Positions 1 to 10,542 of a DNA stretch of 64,000 nt are shown here, piece by piece. The first letter of the stretch is position 1; every line of letters starts with the position of its first letter. The stretch is from positions 11,553 to 75,552 of IMG/VR virus record IMGVR_UViG_3300042309_001835; one strand, written 5' to 3'. Source of the DNA: a virus. A program made the position numbers and the translations under genes. The notes below the pieces were generated by a model. The model was not told where the DNA came from and did no database searches. It saw only the letters and a list, made by a program, of their open reading frames with translations.

Positions 1-2
1 CT

Positions 3-875
3 GCAACGCTCGAGCCACCACCTGAGCCAGGCTCCCCTAAAAAAGAGCGCAAAATAGGCTTTGCCGACAATGCAGCAACATCAGCAGACTACAGGACAGA
101 GGGTGTGTCGGAAATAGAATTTATTTCCGGCAACTATGGCGCAAAACGAATTACCGAATTCAGTATGCCATATGCCCCAGATGATAGATTCATAAAATCA
201 GGCGATGAGTACTATTCGGTAAGTTCCGGGGCAGGCTCAAAAGCCAATATTTTTGGTCGCGTACAGAACAGATTGTTGCTGGCAAATAGGTCGGGACTAA
301 ATGTAACAACAGTTCCAGAATTATTGCCAAACAACCCTTTTGATCCGATAATCATTGAAGCCAATGGTCTGTCGGCGATGTACAGATTAAATGGTACATC
401 ATGGTCTATTGACAGTAGCGGAGTTGTTGTCAGCAGCGATGGGCTATTCTGGGGCGCAGTGGGTGGAACAGGACAGTTCTGGTTCCCGGTTGCTCCTGGT
501 ATAACGTCACTTCCAAGCACACCACCTGCTGTTGACGGGCAGGTAACCGTACCTTATGTTGCCCCTAGTTGGCTGGAAATTATACCAATTACAGCCTCAA
601 CCAGAACGAAAGTAGTCGTTACAAGGTTTCAATATTCTTTGAATTTACTGACCGAGGCAAGCGTGCCAGTCCATACTGAGATTGTGGCCACTAGGGTAAT
701 CAGGTTGGATTCTGTCCAAATCGGGCTTTCTGCTTTGCCTGTCACGGTAAATCATCTAATAAAAACCTCTGCGGTTCAAATTACCGTAACAGCGCTACCG
801 GTTACGACGCTGCATCCGGTAAAAGCTGGTGCAGTTCAAGTTACTCTAACGGCACTGCCCCCGTTGAGCCCATAG
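3..875 (+). CDS. C-terminal part of a virion structural (probably tail) protein, truncated by the window start
   Basis: Frame is open from base 3; Ser/Thr/Val-rich with a repeated C-terminal AVQxTxTALP motif; lies among virion genes. Confidence 0.55.
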   Translation, partial: ATLEPPPEPGSPKKERKIGFADNAATSADYRTEGVSEIEFISGNYGAKRITEFSMPYAPDDRFIKSGDEYYSVSSGAGSKANIFGRVQNRLLLANRSGLNVTTVPELLPNNPFDPIIIEANGLSAMYRLNGTSWSIDSSGVVVSSDGLFWGAVGGTGQFWFPVAPGITSLPSTPPAVDGQVTVPYVAPSWLEIIPITASTRTKVVVTRFQYSLNLLTEASVPVHTEIVATRVIRLDSVQIGLSALPVTVNHLIKTSAVQITVTALPVTTLHPVKAGAVQVTLTALPPLSP

Positions 876-910
876 AAAATTTGGAACCATAGATAAGCCG
901 TTTCAACAAA

Positions 911-1336
911 ATGTCGACCGTATCTCTATATAACCATACCAGCTCATACGTTATGGATCTTGACCTTGACGGATACTCATATTATTTGATGCTATGCGCC
1001 AGCAGTACATTTGACGCAACTGATGCAACATTGGCTGATATAACAAAGACCGAGGTGGCAGGCGGCAATGGCTACACGACGGGCGGACAAGAATTGATGA
1101 ATAAAGCGATTACGACTGTAAATACGAACAACGCCAAGTTCCTGGCCGACAATGTTGAATGGCCAGTAACCAGCGGCAGCATAACCGCAGATAGTGCTAT
1201 TCTGTACTACTCTGATGGAAATACCAACCCGCCACTGCTGCATATCGATTTTGGAGCATCGATTGAAGTTTCATCGGGAAATTCATTCCTCGTCGGATGG
1301 GATCCAGATGGAATAATTGTGCTGGATACACCGTAA
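911..1336 (+). CDS. virion structural protein (small tail/baseplate-type beta protein)
   Basis: TEVAGGNGYTTGGQEL and F-x-ADNVEW motifs typical of small phage tail proteins; late-type motif upstream. Confidence 0.6.
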   Translation: MSTVSLYNHTSSYVMDLDLDGYSYYLMLCASSTFDATDATLADITKTEVAGGNGYTTGGQELMNKAITTVNTNNAKFLADNVEWPVTSGSITADSAILYYSDGNTNPPLLHIDFGASIEVSSGNSFLVGWDPDGIIVLDTP

Positions 1337-1396
1337 CGAGATTACAAAATATAGGAATTATAGCTAAGCAGTACAGGCGTTTCTTCTGTTGTTATT

Positions 1397-1801
1397 ATGG
1401 CATTATCCGCATTGATTAGCACGAAAGAACTGCAAAGACAGGCGGAATTGTGCCTTGAGGGTAATACAGTCAATGTAATGTTATGCAATTCGAGTGGCAA
1501 CAGCTTCACCGCAGAAAGCACTGTAGCCGACTGGCAAACGGCAGAAGTGACTGGGAGTGGCTACGTCAGGTTCAGTCAGACCGTGCAGGCCGGTAGCTAC
1601 AACTCTGGATTGGCTTCTTACGTCATACCAAATATTGATGCTGCTTTTGAATGCGACACAACTCCGTTAAGTTACGATAGGATCATTATATATTTTACTG
1701 GTGAGACATATATCCACAGCATGCTTTCTGAAAACCCGACAATTTCCCTGACACCAGGTCAAGCGCAAACCTACCGCATCAGCCTAAGGCAGGACGACTG
1801 A
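1397..1801 (+). CDS. virion structural protein, distant paralog of 911..1336
   Basis: AEVTGSGYVR motif resembles EVAGGNGYTT of the preceding gene. Confidence 0.55.
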   Translation: MALSALISTKELQRQAELCLEGNTVNVMLCNSSGNSFTAESTVADWQTAEVTGSGYVRFSQTVQAGSYNSGLASYVIPNIDAAFECDTTPLSYDRIIIYFTGETYIHSMLSENPTISLTPGQAQTYRISLRQDD

Positions 1802-3192
1802 TGTCGTTAAATCTGAATATCAATGTTGACTTTGATGGCTTACTGGAATCAGCACGTCAACTGGTAAAAGCAAACAGGCAAAAAATAACCAGAAGGGATA
1901 ATTCGACTGCGGTAAGGAATACAGCCAGCACAACTATAGCAACAAAAAATAAAACACTGGGTCAGACTTACCCCGTAGCGCCACCCCCAGGATTTCCACC
2001 AACGCAAGCACCAACGCAATCACGCCCCAGCGTTAATACCGGCACACCCAGTACAATAAATACAAGCCTTCGAACCCAGACAACATCATCTGGGTCCATG
2101 GCAAATCAAAATATTGGCGCCCCCAAAAAAGATTTTTATCGCGGATCCAAAATAGGAGCAGGGCCTCGACGAGACGGCGAACTGGGATTCTTGCTGCCCT
2201 CTGGCCTGACATTTGACACTTCCATTCAAGGACCGTTTGCAGGCTTATCGACGTCGCCTATTGATTTTCTTTATGGGGACGCATCTAGAGACGGGGCTTT
2301 TTTGGGCAGAGTGAAAGGATATACAAATAACTTTGTGACCAGCCAGGCGATTCATTTTTCTGATGGTTATCCATCGGCGGGCGTTGACACCCTTATTGAC
2401 GCACGTCCTCTTTATTCTAGCGATGGCGGCTACCAAGGCGGCTATTTGACCTACCCAAGAGCTGATACGTTCGACCAGTTAAACATGCCGGACGCTGAAG
2501 CCTCGTTTCTGTATTTATCTCACTTAGTTGCTGCGGGCAGCGCGATACGCACAAAATTTATTGAACGCCCAGGAGGTCTCTTTGATAGAGTTTATGCATC
2601 TGGAGAAAAAATTAGATCAGTGCCGGGCAGATCGAACAGCAAAGGCTTCACACTTGAATTTATTGTTAAACTCGCAGCCTCCGAGACGGGCGTCGGCTAT
2701 TCCAGGGTCATTGCAATTGTTTACGGCTCTGACGAGTACGGTTACGACTCCGCAAATGCCTTCAATATACCGTTCTATGTGGAGGCAATTGATGAACTTA
2801 ACGATAACGGAGCTGGCGCTACGTTTAATGGCTACATAATGAATACAAAAAGCGATAAAAACTGGTATCGGAACGGTAGCTTTAATCATTTTGCCTTTGT
2901 TGTGAAATATGAAGGTCCCGTGTACACCACAGCCTACGTCAATGGAGAGCGAGTAACCAACATCAGTGACTCTGTTACCTTCCCGCCTGGAATAGAATAT
3001 GGACGATCCAGACTTTTCGATATAGAAATCCTTATGGACGATGCCAACAGAGTCCTAAGAGTCGGCCCGGGTAGCTGGATTGCGACAGGCTACCCCGGCA
3101 AGTCAACCTTGAAAGCCTTGCGCTGGACGAACAAGATACTTTATACCGGAAACTCGTTCAACCCACCAACTGACCTTACATCCTTAGCGTAA
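1801..3192 (+). CDS. virion protein with possible C-terminal LamG/concanavalin-like domain
   Basis: FTLEF...NHFAFV...AYVNG...LRWT..LYTGNSFNPP pattern typical of LamG-like folds. Confidence 0.55.
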   Translation: MSLNLNINVDFDGLLESARQLVKANRQKITRRDNSTAVRNTASTTIATKNKTLGQTYPVAPPPGFPPTQAPTQSRPSVNTGTPSTINTSLRTQTTSSGSMANQNIGAPKKDFYRGSKIGAGPRRDGELGFLLPSGLTFDTSIQGPFAGLSTSPIDFLYGDASRDGAFLGRVKGYTNNFVTSQAIHFSDGYPSAGVDTLIDARPLYSSDGGYQGGYLTYPRADTFDQLNMPDAEASFLYLSHLVAAGSAIRTKFIERPGGLFDRVYASGEKIRSVPGRSNSKGFTLEFIVKLAASETGVGYSRVIAIVYGSDEYGYDSANAFNIPFYVEAIDELNDNGAGATFNGYIMNTKSDKNWYRNGSFNHFAFVVKYEGPVYTTAYVNGERVTNISDSVTFPPGIEYGRSRLFDIEILMDDANRVLRVGPGSWIATGYPGKSTLKALRWTNKILYTGNSFNPPTDLTSLA

Positions 3193-3405
3193 GCCTAGCG
3201 ACAGGCCCATTAAATCCAAGCACAAGCACGGATCAATTCTTACATTTAACAGGATAAGGCGCCTCGCTTGATCTGGTTGATATTTGCCAGGAAATTAGAC
3301 CCACCAGCAAAATGCTTCACGACAGAAACTCTACTACGTCAGATGCCATCGACACCTTAATCATGCAAGGAATAATATAGAGACTGATAATAGCTGGAGT
3401 TCAGT

Positions 3406-3540
3406 ATGCCACTGCCAAACGATTACCAAAAAATTAACCTGTTGACCCAAAGTCAATTGCAAACAAAGGTAAACAGGTATATATTCAACCAACAGCAACT
3501 GAATAAAAAAACAGCGGCAGAAATCGCTAAAAGGTTCTAG
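3406..3540 (+). CDS. small hypothetical protein (44 aa)
   Basis: Read manually (MPLPNDYQKINLL...); GGAG RBS and late-type motif upstream. Confidence 0.4.
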   Translation: MPLPNDYQKINLLTQSQLQTKVNRYIFNQQQLNKKTAAEIAKRF

Positions 3541-3586
3541 TTCTTGGCATACTAGCGGGCACTAAATGGCGTGATGCCTGGTAACA

Positions 3587-4324
3587 ATGCCCGAAGACAA
3601 CAGCAATGCACCCGAGACGAGTGCAGACAACACGGAAGAGCAAAAAGCGACGGAAACCGCAGATGATCGCAGCTATTCCGAGGAAGAAGTTCAGAACCTG
3701 CTGAAGGCGCTGAAATCCGAACGTGAAACGCGTAAGATCTACGAGAAAGAGGTAAAGGAGAAAAGCGCCCAACTGGAGAAGTTTGCGCAAATCAACCCAA
3801 ACGAATACCGCAAACTGCAAGAAGAAGCAGCTATCGCTGCGCGTGAAAAGGCTGCTGCCGATGAGCGCACTGCATTGCTGGAGGAAAAGTACGGCAAACA
3901 GGCAGCAGAAGCCGTCCAGCAGCGCGACAGTGCCCACAAGGAACTACTGGAGTTCCGCAAGCGTTATTCACTGGAAAAGGTATTCTTCTCGGCTGGCGGT
4001 CGCACTGATTCCGCAGATGGCGTGTCATTTTTTGACATGTTAGCCAACCAAATCGGTGGCCATTTCCGCCTGGAACCCGACAACAGTATTACTGTTGTTG
4101 ATTCCAACGGTGTGCCGATCCTGGACAAGGAATCCGGCCGCCGGATTAACCCTGAAGATTACCTGGGTGGATTCAAAAACCATCCAATCTATGGCACTTT
4201 CTTCAAGGGCTCCAAGGGGTCTGGTGCTGGTATCGGCTACGGCGGTACCGACACGAATGGCATGACCAGTGAAGACTTGAGCACGCTCAGTCGTGATGAG
4301 TTGTTCCTGAAAGCATTTGGTTGA
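3587..4324 (+). CDS. capsid scaffolding protein
   Basis: Acidic N-terminus, long coiled coil, GSGAG C-terminal region; directly upstream of the major capsid gene. Confidence 0.8.
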   Translation: MPEDNSNAPETSADNTEEQKATETADDRSYSEEEVQNLLKALKSERETRKIYEKEVKEKSAQLEKFAQINPNEYRKLQEEAAIAAREKAAADERTALLEEKYGKQAAEAVQQRDSAHKELLEFRKRYSLEKVFFSAGGRTDSADGVSFFDMLANQIGGHFRLEPDNSITVVDSNGVPILDKESGRRINPEDYLGGFKNHPIYGTFFKGSKGSGAGIGYGGTDTNGMTSEDLSTLSRDELFLKAFG

Positions 4325-4347
4325 TCCCAGGCTTAAATGTTAACTAT

Positions 4348-4372
4348 GGGCCAGCTTTTTGCTGGCCTTTTT
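4348..4372 (+). terminator. intrinsic terminator
   Basis: GGCCAGC/GCTGGCC stem followed by a T-run. Confidence 0.7.
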
Positions 4373-4513
4373 GATTTTTAGGTATCATAAGTTTGAGTAC
4401 CCAGCCCTGAGTTGGTTGTGATGACCTATCGGGGAGGGTCTAGCGCTAATGAATGAGACATTCATGTAGCGATTTACCTTTCCTGTTTACGTTCATCTAC
4501 CCCCATAGGAATC

Positions 4514-5416
4514 ATGGCATTAACTCTTGCTGAAGCCAAGAAGCATTCTACTAACCCGCAGGAACTCGCGATTATCACCGAGCTTGCTGCTGGTCCCCTG
4601 CTGCAAAACCTGCCGTTCCGTGAAGTTCAGGGCAACGGTCTGTTCTGGAAGCGTGAGGAGTCCCTCGGCGACGTGGGTTTCCGTACGTTCAACGCTGGTT
4701 ATACCGAAAGCTATGCCACCGTCAAGCAGCACAGCGAAGCGCTGAAGCTGTTCGGTGGTGACATCAAGGTTGACCGCGCTATCGTCGACCTGGAGGGCCC
4801 CGAGGCTCGCGCCTATCAGGTGCAAGCCAAGACCCGTGCAATGCGTCTGGCCTTTGAGGGCCTGTTCATCAACGGTGACTCCAACGGTAGTGGCGCTGAG
4901 TTTGACGGCCTGGCAAATCGCCTGCCCGTTGGCTCCAGCCAGTACATCGCCAACGGCGTTTCCCCCGCCGCTCTGGACACCGGTGCCCTGGACGAAGCTA
5001 TCGACGCAGTGGATGCACAAGGTGGCACCAAGTACCTTGTGATGTCCAAGTCCGCTCGTCGTCACCTGAGCAAGGTGGCTCGCGCCAACGGTCAGATCGA
5101 CATCGAGCGCAACGACTTCGGCTACCAGCAACTGTTCTACGGTGGCATTCCGGTGCTTGAGCTGGATCGCGACCACCAGAACGTTGCCATCCTGGATAGC
5201 GATGCCAGCGATCAGTCCATCTACGTGGTGGCCTTCGGCAACGATCTGCTGACCGGTCTGCAGAACGGTGGCCCTCAGGTGCGTGACCTTGGTGAAGCGA
5301 CCGATTCGCCCGTCTTGGTTACCCGCGTTGAATGGTATTGCGGGATGGCTTTGATCAATGGCCGAGCCGCTGCCCGTCTCGCCAACGTGGACGCTACTGC
5401 CTCGCTTGTGTCCTGA
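4514..5416 (+). CDS. major capsid protein (HK97-like fold)
   Basis: 300 aa; GGDIKVDRA, FINGD...EFDGL and RVEWYCG motifs; strongly biased codon use; terminator downstream. Confidence 0.9.
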   Translation: MALTLAEAKKHSTNPQELAIITELAAGPLLQNLPFREVQGNGLFWKREESLGDVGFRTFNAGYTESYATVKQHSEALKLFGGDIKVDRAIVDLEGPEARAYQVQAKTRAMRLAFEGLFINGDSNGSGAEFDGLANRLPVGSSQYIANGVSPAALDTGALDEAIDAVDAQGGTKYLVMSKSARRHLSKVARANGQIDIERNDFGYQQLFYGGIPVLELDRDHQNVAILDSDASDQSIYVVAFGNDLLTGLQNGGPQVRDLGEATDSPVLVTRVEWYCGMALINGRAAARLANVDATASLVS

Positions 5417-5432
5417 TCTTACCGAAGCTTCC

Positions 5433-5457
5433 GGGGGCCGCAGGGCCCCCTTTTTTT
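5433..5457 (+). terminator. intrinsic terminator after capsid gene
   Basis: GGGGGCC/GGCCCCC stem followed by T7. Confidence 0.85.
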
Positions 5458-5590
5458 GTCCAGTTACTTGATCCATGCGAAATATCGGTAGTCACTGGTG
5501 GTACTGTTTAGTTGTATGACAAATCCACAACTAGGAACACTAATCTGGTCGAGCCACGTAACGGAAAACTAACTGGAATGAACAAATTCA

Positions 5591-6424
5591 GTGATTTTAT
5601 CGTCTTCTGATATCCTTAGGATTGTTTCCAGTGATCCGGTAATCCGGGTATCGGCACGCGTAAAAATAGTTGAAACCAAGCCTCCGATTGAGACTGTTGA
5701 TAATACCATCATTTACATTGGGAAATATCCAACCACTTCAGATTTCGAAGCTACTTGGAATATTTGGATTGCTGATACTTCGAATGAACCGCTGGATATA
5801 ATCCTGGCGCAACTACAAAAACTGCTGCCAGGATTTACTGTTACTGATAATGGCATCGTTATAAAGGCAACCGTAACAACGCTCAGGTCTGCAAATACTG
5901 AAACCGCACCAGTACCAGAAGTTAATCGCGAGCAAGGCCTGCTTGCTTTGCTGCAGGCAAGATTCGATGACCTGAAGCAGTCAATAGAAGATCGGATGCT
6001 GATTGTTGGCCCCGGCAGGGCTGGCAAGGACGGAAAACCAGGTCGCGATGGCAAAGATGGCAAGAATGGTAAAGATGGCGTCAATGGCCAGGACTTAATT
6101 GCGAGTGAAGCTGAACTGAATGACCTGAAAGACGTCTTCACCAGTGACGCCCAACGCGGTCAGTTCCTGATGTTTGATGGCGCCTCCTGGGTCGCTCGGT
6201 TCGTTCCGCAGATCATCCGAGCCGGTGGAGGCGGCGGTGGCACGGGTGGCGGAATTGAAGAAGCGCCCATTGACGGCAACTATTACGTCAGGCAAGACGG
6301 TCAATGGGTCAATCTGATTGATGCACTGGCTGGCCTTGGCAATATTGATGCTGGTGATTTCACGACTGGCCTGGCAGATACCAATAACTCCAGCCAGTTC
6401 GATGGTGGAGATTTCAGTCAATAA
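5591..6424 (+). CDS. virion protein with short collagen-like segment
   Basis: GKDGKPGRDGKDGKNGKDG triplets and EAPIDGNYYVRQDGQWV fibritin/foldon-like motif. Confidence 0.7.
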   Translation: MILSSSDILRIVSSDPVIRVSARVKIVETKPPIETVDNTIIYIGKYPTTSDFEATWNIWIADTSNEPLDIILAQLQKLLPGFTVTDNGIVIKATVTTLRSANTETAPVPEVNREQGLLALLQARFDDLKQSIEDRMLIVGPGRAGKDGKPGRDGKDGKNGKDGVNGQDLIASEAELNDLKDVFTSDAQRGQFLMFDGASWVARFVPQIIRAGGGGGGTGGGIEEAPIDGNYYVRQDGQWVNLIDALAGLGNIDAGDFTTGLADTNNSSQFDGGDFSQ

Positions 6425-6453
6425 CAGGAAAACTATTCTGATTCACGAAAAGC

Positions 6454-9036
6454 ATGACCACGCCTTCGCCCAGAAATCCAATCAGAATTGCCCGTGGTCT
6501 GTATGCAGATCTGTTGGCATCTGTAGCGGATCTTGGGGAAGGTGAAATTTGTTTTGCACAAGATCAAGACACGTTATATGTAAAAGAGAATGGCGCTCTG
6601 ACACTGGCCTCCGGTGGCGTCAGTTCATCTTTGGTGCGTGAAATAATTGGCATTGATCAAACTGGCGAACCGATGGGTCACGCCAATCGCGCAGATAGCA
6701 ACATTTCATTTGACAGCGGCGAGCGAGTATTCACAATTGAGCCGACCAGTGCATCATTTGACGTATGGTGTCGCGGCATTAAGCACACATACTTCAGCGA
6801 GCAAACTGTAACTATACCTGATGCGACTGGGTTGTATTATGTGTATTTTGATGAAAATGGTGTTCTGCAATATCAGACATCATTCTTTGATCTGGAATAC
6901 CAGGCGCCAACGGCTTACATTTACTGGAACGGCGATACGAACCAAGCTGTATATTTTGGCGATGAACGTCACGGCATTGTGCTGGACTGGCAGACACATG
7001 AATACCTGCACAGGACACGCGGTGCTGCGTTTGCAAGAGGACTGGAGCTGGTAAGTTACACCGTAACTGGCGGCGGTGCAATAAATGCAGATGCGCAAGT
7101 CAGTCTGGAAAATGGAGTATTTTTTGATGAAGACATTGAAGTAGATGTCACCCATTCCGCTGATCCTGTTTCTAATACATGGCAACAAGATTTACAGGGG
7201 CCCGCGCTGATCCCGGTTTTATGGAGAAATGCTACTTCGTGGACACTTGATGTCGCTTCTGAATATCCACTGAAGGCTGGTACCCTCGGGCCGCAATATA
7301 ACCTAGAGGGGATTGGTGGATCATGGAGCGCAGTTGATGTTGGTGCTAACAAATATGTCTGCGTATTTGTTATTGCTACAAACAACTTAAACCACCCTGT
7401 TGTCTGTATTCTTGGTCAGAAGCAGCACAACAACTTAGCTGCCGCTCAAACCGAGACTTGGTCTACGCTTAACCTGACGGGATTCCCTTCGCTTGAATTC
7501 AGACCATTATATCAACTGATCTATCAATGCGGTGCATACGGCAACGCAATCGCCGCCAGACTCAGGGGCGTCTCTGACCTGCGTTACACGCAAGCAGGCA
7601 TTTCAATTACCGGCCAGGTGGGTGCGACAGGTCCAGTGGGCGCTACTGGCGCTATTGGTGCCACGGGTGTTGGAGAGACCGGTCCTACCGGCATCGAGGG
7701 ACCAACAGGTATTACCGGACCCGTGGGCCCGACTGGGCCGATTGGCATTACCGGGCCAACTGGAGTGGATGGTCCGACTGGAGCAAGTGGCCCAACTGGA
7801 CCGACTGGGCCCATTGGTGTCACTGGTGCTACTGGTGTGGTCGGTCCCAGCGGACCCACTGGGCCAACTGGCCCTACAGGCCCTATTGGTATCACTGGCG
7901 CCACTGGTATCGAAGGACCAAGCGGCCCCACCGGGCCTACGGGCCCCACGGGTCCAACTGGACCAATTGGAATTACTGGCGCCACTGGTGTAGTTGGCGT
8001 GTCCGGCGCCACCGGCATTGTCGGTCCCAGTGGTCCCACTGGCCCTACCGGTCCGATTGGCTCAACTGGCCCAACTGGTGTTGCTGGTATCAGCGCAAGT
8101 GGCAGAATTTGGTATTTTGCGCAAGCAGCTTCTGATATCAGTGGATATGAAACATTGCAGCCAGATTCGCCCGATTCGGCGCCGCAAGATGATATGACCG
8201 CTGTTGTCACTAGCTCCAGTGGTGAGGTACTGATCAATGAGTTTGCCACCGCCGTTGGTGACCCCGATCTCGAAGAACTGCCAACCGGTGAGTATGAGAT
8301 TCGCTTTTGGGGCTATGTATCGAGCAACGATGGCGACACGCGGCTTGTGTTCCGTGTCTACAGACGTGCTACGAATGGCACCGAAACTCAGTTATTCTAT
8401 TTGGATTCACCTGAGATTGATGCAACTGCAGCCAGTTACTATAATGAAATCCTGGTCAACACTCAGCCCAATGTAATCGACCCCAGCGACCGTATTGTAA
8501 CAAAAGTATACGCAAAGACCACCAGCAGCAGCAATATAACTGCACACTTTGTGCATTCTGGTACAACGCCTAGCTCCTGGAGGACCGCTGTTACGTTGGG
8601 CTATGTGGGCCCCCAGGGCCCAACTGGTCCAACTGGCGTAGATGGACCGACTGGCCCTGTTGGCATTACTGGAGCGACTGGTCCAGGGGGCCCAACTGGT
8701 CCAACTGGCGTAGATGGACCGACTGGTCCTAGCGGAGCAATTGGCGTCTCTGGCGCGACCGGACCGACCGGCGTTGTTGGCGTAACTGGTGCTACAGGTG
8801 TCGTTGGCATTACCGGCGCCACTGGGGCTGTTGGTGTAACGGGCGCCACAGGGGTCGATGGAGTCACTGGAGCAACGGGTGTTGTTGGCGTAAGCGGTGC
8901 TACCGGTCCCACTGGCGTCATAGCGGATGGCAATAAAGGAGATATTACCATTTCAAGTAATGGTATGTTATTAACAGTTAATCCGGTCGTTTATGGCCGA
9001 CTTCTTGCTGCCCAGTACGGTGCAGCAATGCCCTGA
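6454..9036 (+). CDS. collagen-like fibre protein
   Basis: Two long Gly-X-Thr tracts (GPT/GAT/GIT) separated by globular domains. Confidence 0.85.
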   Translation: MTTPSPRNPIRIARGLYADLLASVADLGEGEICFAQDQDTLYVKENGALTLASGGVSSSLVREIIGIDQTGEPMGHANRADSNISFDSGERVFTIEPTSASFDVWCRGIKHTYFSEQTVTIPDATGLYYVYFDENGVLQYQTSFFDLEYQAPTAYIYWNGDTNQAVYFGDERHGIVLDWQTHEYLHRTRGAAFARGLELVSYTVTGGGAINADAQVSLENGVFFDEDIEVDVTHSADPVSNTWQQDLQGPALIPVLWRNATSWTLDVASEYPLKAGTLGPQYNLEGIGGSWSAVDVGANKYVCVFVIATNNLNHPVVCILGQKQHNNLAAAQTETWSTLNLTGFPSLEFRPLYQLIYQCGAYGNAIAARLRGVSDLRYTQAGISITGQVGATGPVGATGAIGATGVGETGPTGIEGPTGITGPVGPTGPIGITGPTGVDGPTGASGPTGPTGPIGVTGATGVVGPSGPTGPTGPTGPIGITGATGIEGPSGPTGPTGPTGPTGPIGITGATGVVGVSGATGIVGPSGPTGPTGPIGSTGPTGVAGISASGRIWYFAQAASDISGYETLQPDSPDSAPQDDMTAVVTSSSGEVLINEFATAVGDPDLEELPTGEYEIRFWGYVSSNDGDTRLVFRVYRRATNGTETQLFYLDSPEIDATAASYYNEILVNTQPNVIDPSDRIVTKVYAKTTSSSNITAHFVHSGTTPSSWRTAVTLGYVGPQGPTGPTGVDGPTGPVGITGATGPGGPTGPTGVDGPTGPSGAIGVSGATGPTGVVGVTGATGVVGITGATGAVGVTGATGVDGVTGATGVVGVSGATGPTGVIADGNKGDITISSNGMLLTVNPVVYGRLLAAQYGAAMP
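7612..8085 (+). repeat. collagen G-X-Y coding repeat 1
   Basis: Degenerate 9-nt periodic repeat. Confidence 0.85.
8608..8920 (+). repeat. collagen G-X-Y coding repeat 2
   Basis: Degenerate 9-nt periodic repeat; CCAACTGGTCCAACTGGCGTAGATGGACCGACTGG occurs twice. Confidence 0.85.
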
Positions 9037-9054
9037 CCCCCGCCTGTAGTCATC

Positions 9055-9507
9055 ATGGCCGCAAACACCTCACCGATCTGGACGCTGACCCCCAACGTCT
9101 CAGGCGCTGACATCACAAACACGGTTGCAAACGTCAACACCAGCGCCCCCGGCACCATCGGGACCAACTGCTTCCTGGCGTTCACTTCCGGCGCAGACGG
9201 CTCCTATCTGCAAAAGATCCGCTTCTCCTTCGTTTCAACCACTGGTGTTATCTCTCCCGTCGCCACAACATTGCAGGTGTATTTGTCCACCATCAACACT
9301 GGTGCGACAACTTCAGCCAACACTGACTTGATCGCTCAAGTCCATGCCGCACCGCAAACAATTACGCTGGTCACAGCAGCACCATACCCGATTGAAATTC
9401 CTTTGAATTTTGCAATCCCGACCAGCAGGTACATCTTAGTAACCCAGTCCGTTGCTCAAACCACCAACGCCAACTGGCACGCAGTTGTAATCGGGGGTAA
9501 CTACTAA
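9055..9507 (+). CDS. fibre-associated small virion protein
   Basis: MAANTSPIW start, beta-rich; sits between the fibre and the Gly-rich gene. Confidence 0.55.
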   Translation: MAANTSPIWTLTPNVSGADITNTVANVNTSAPGTIGTNCFLAFTSGADGSYLQKIRFSFVSTTGVISPVATTLQVYLSTINTGATTSANTDLIAQVHAAPQTITLVTAAPYPIEIPLNFAIPTSRYILVTQSVAQTTNANWHAVVIGGNY

Positions 9508-10451
9508 TGCTCAACCTATTTGACATTCCAAAAGCTCAAACAGGTTACTTGAGCGCTTTTCCGGGTTCTTCTTACACTACCAACGAGAACTGGCTGACTT
9601 GGGAGAAACCTGCCGGGATTAGCATGATTCACATCATGTGCATTGGCCCTGGTGGTGGTGGTAGCAGTGGATTTCCAAGCGCTACCAATACCGCCAGGGG
9701 AGGAGGCGGTGGTGGTGGAAGTGGCAGCGTTTCAACCACGCTAATTCCGGCCGCACTATTGCCTGATATTTTGTACGTTCAGCCTGGAGCTGGAGGAAGA
9801 GGAGGCGCGTCTTCAACAACTACCAGTAATGCTGGAGTAAATGGCTCGAACAGTATTGTCTCCATAGCTCCCATCAATACGGCTTTTTACAACGTTTGTG
9901 TCGGGAATAACGGAAGTCCGGGTGGCGCAGCAAGTGCAACAGTTGTCGGCGGCGGCGGCAGCGCGGGCAGCGCTATTACGGTAGCTGGTAGTTGCCGCAT
10001 GGCCTCGCTAGGAATTTTTACTAGCTTCGCTGGACAGAATGGTGCTGCAGGCGGCGCAGTTGCTAACGGAGCAGGTGCCTCAATTACCTATCCCACAACC
10101 GGGATACTTTTATCTGGCGGTGCTGGAGGAGGTGGGGGTTCAACTGGCGCGGGCGGCGCTATCGCAGCGCCCTCCCTTCAATTTGATACTTTAATCCTTT
10201 TCACAGCATTATCAGGAGGCGCCGCTGGCGCAACCGCGGGCAACGGCTCTCCTGGGCACCGGCGACATACTCCCCTGCTGTCTTGTGGTGGAAGTGGCGG
10301 CGGCTCCAATAGCGGCAATGCGCTCGGCGGTCACGGCGGCACCGGCGGGCCTGGCTCCGGCGGTGGCGGTGGCGGCGCTGGTGGAACAACAGGCGGCGGT
10401 GGCGCGGGCGGCAACGGCGGCCCCGGCCTAGTGCTGATTCACTCGTGGTAA
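9507..10451 (+). CDS. glycine-rich fibre tip/adhesin-like protein
   Basis: TWEKPAG...CIGPGGGG start and GGNGGPGLVLI end typical of phage glycine-rich domains. Confidence 0.7.
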   Translation: MLNLFDIPKAQTGYLSAFPGSSYTTNENWLTWEKPAGISMIHIMCIGPGGGGSSGFPSATNTARGGGGGGGSGSVSTTLIPAALLPDILYVQPGAGGRGGASSTTTSNAGVNGSNSIVSIAPINTAFYNVCVGNNGSPGGAASATVVGGGGSAGSAITVAGSCRMASLGIFTSFAGQNGAAGGAVANGAGASITYPTTGILLSGGAGGGGGSTGAGGAIAAPSLQFDTLILFTALSGGAAGATAGNGSPGHRRHTPLLSCGGSGGGSNSGNALGGHGGTGGPGSGGGGGGAGGTTGGGGAGGNGGPGLVLIHSW

Positions 10452-10542
10452 GCCGGAAAGCCTGATGCAAAAACTGCGGTGACAGCCAGTTACCGCAGTA
10501 TAGTCGCCATCCGCTACACTGTAACCAGATTCAGACCAGCGC

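Noticed and set aside
4520-5476. 318-aa minus-strand ORF over the capsid gene
   Set aside because: Antisense shadow of a strongly codon-biased gene.
7584-8951. Pro/Val-rich minus-strand ORFs
   Set aside because: Antisense reading of the collagen repeats.
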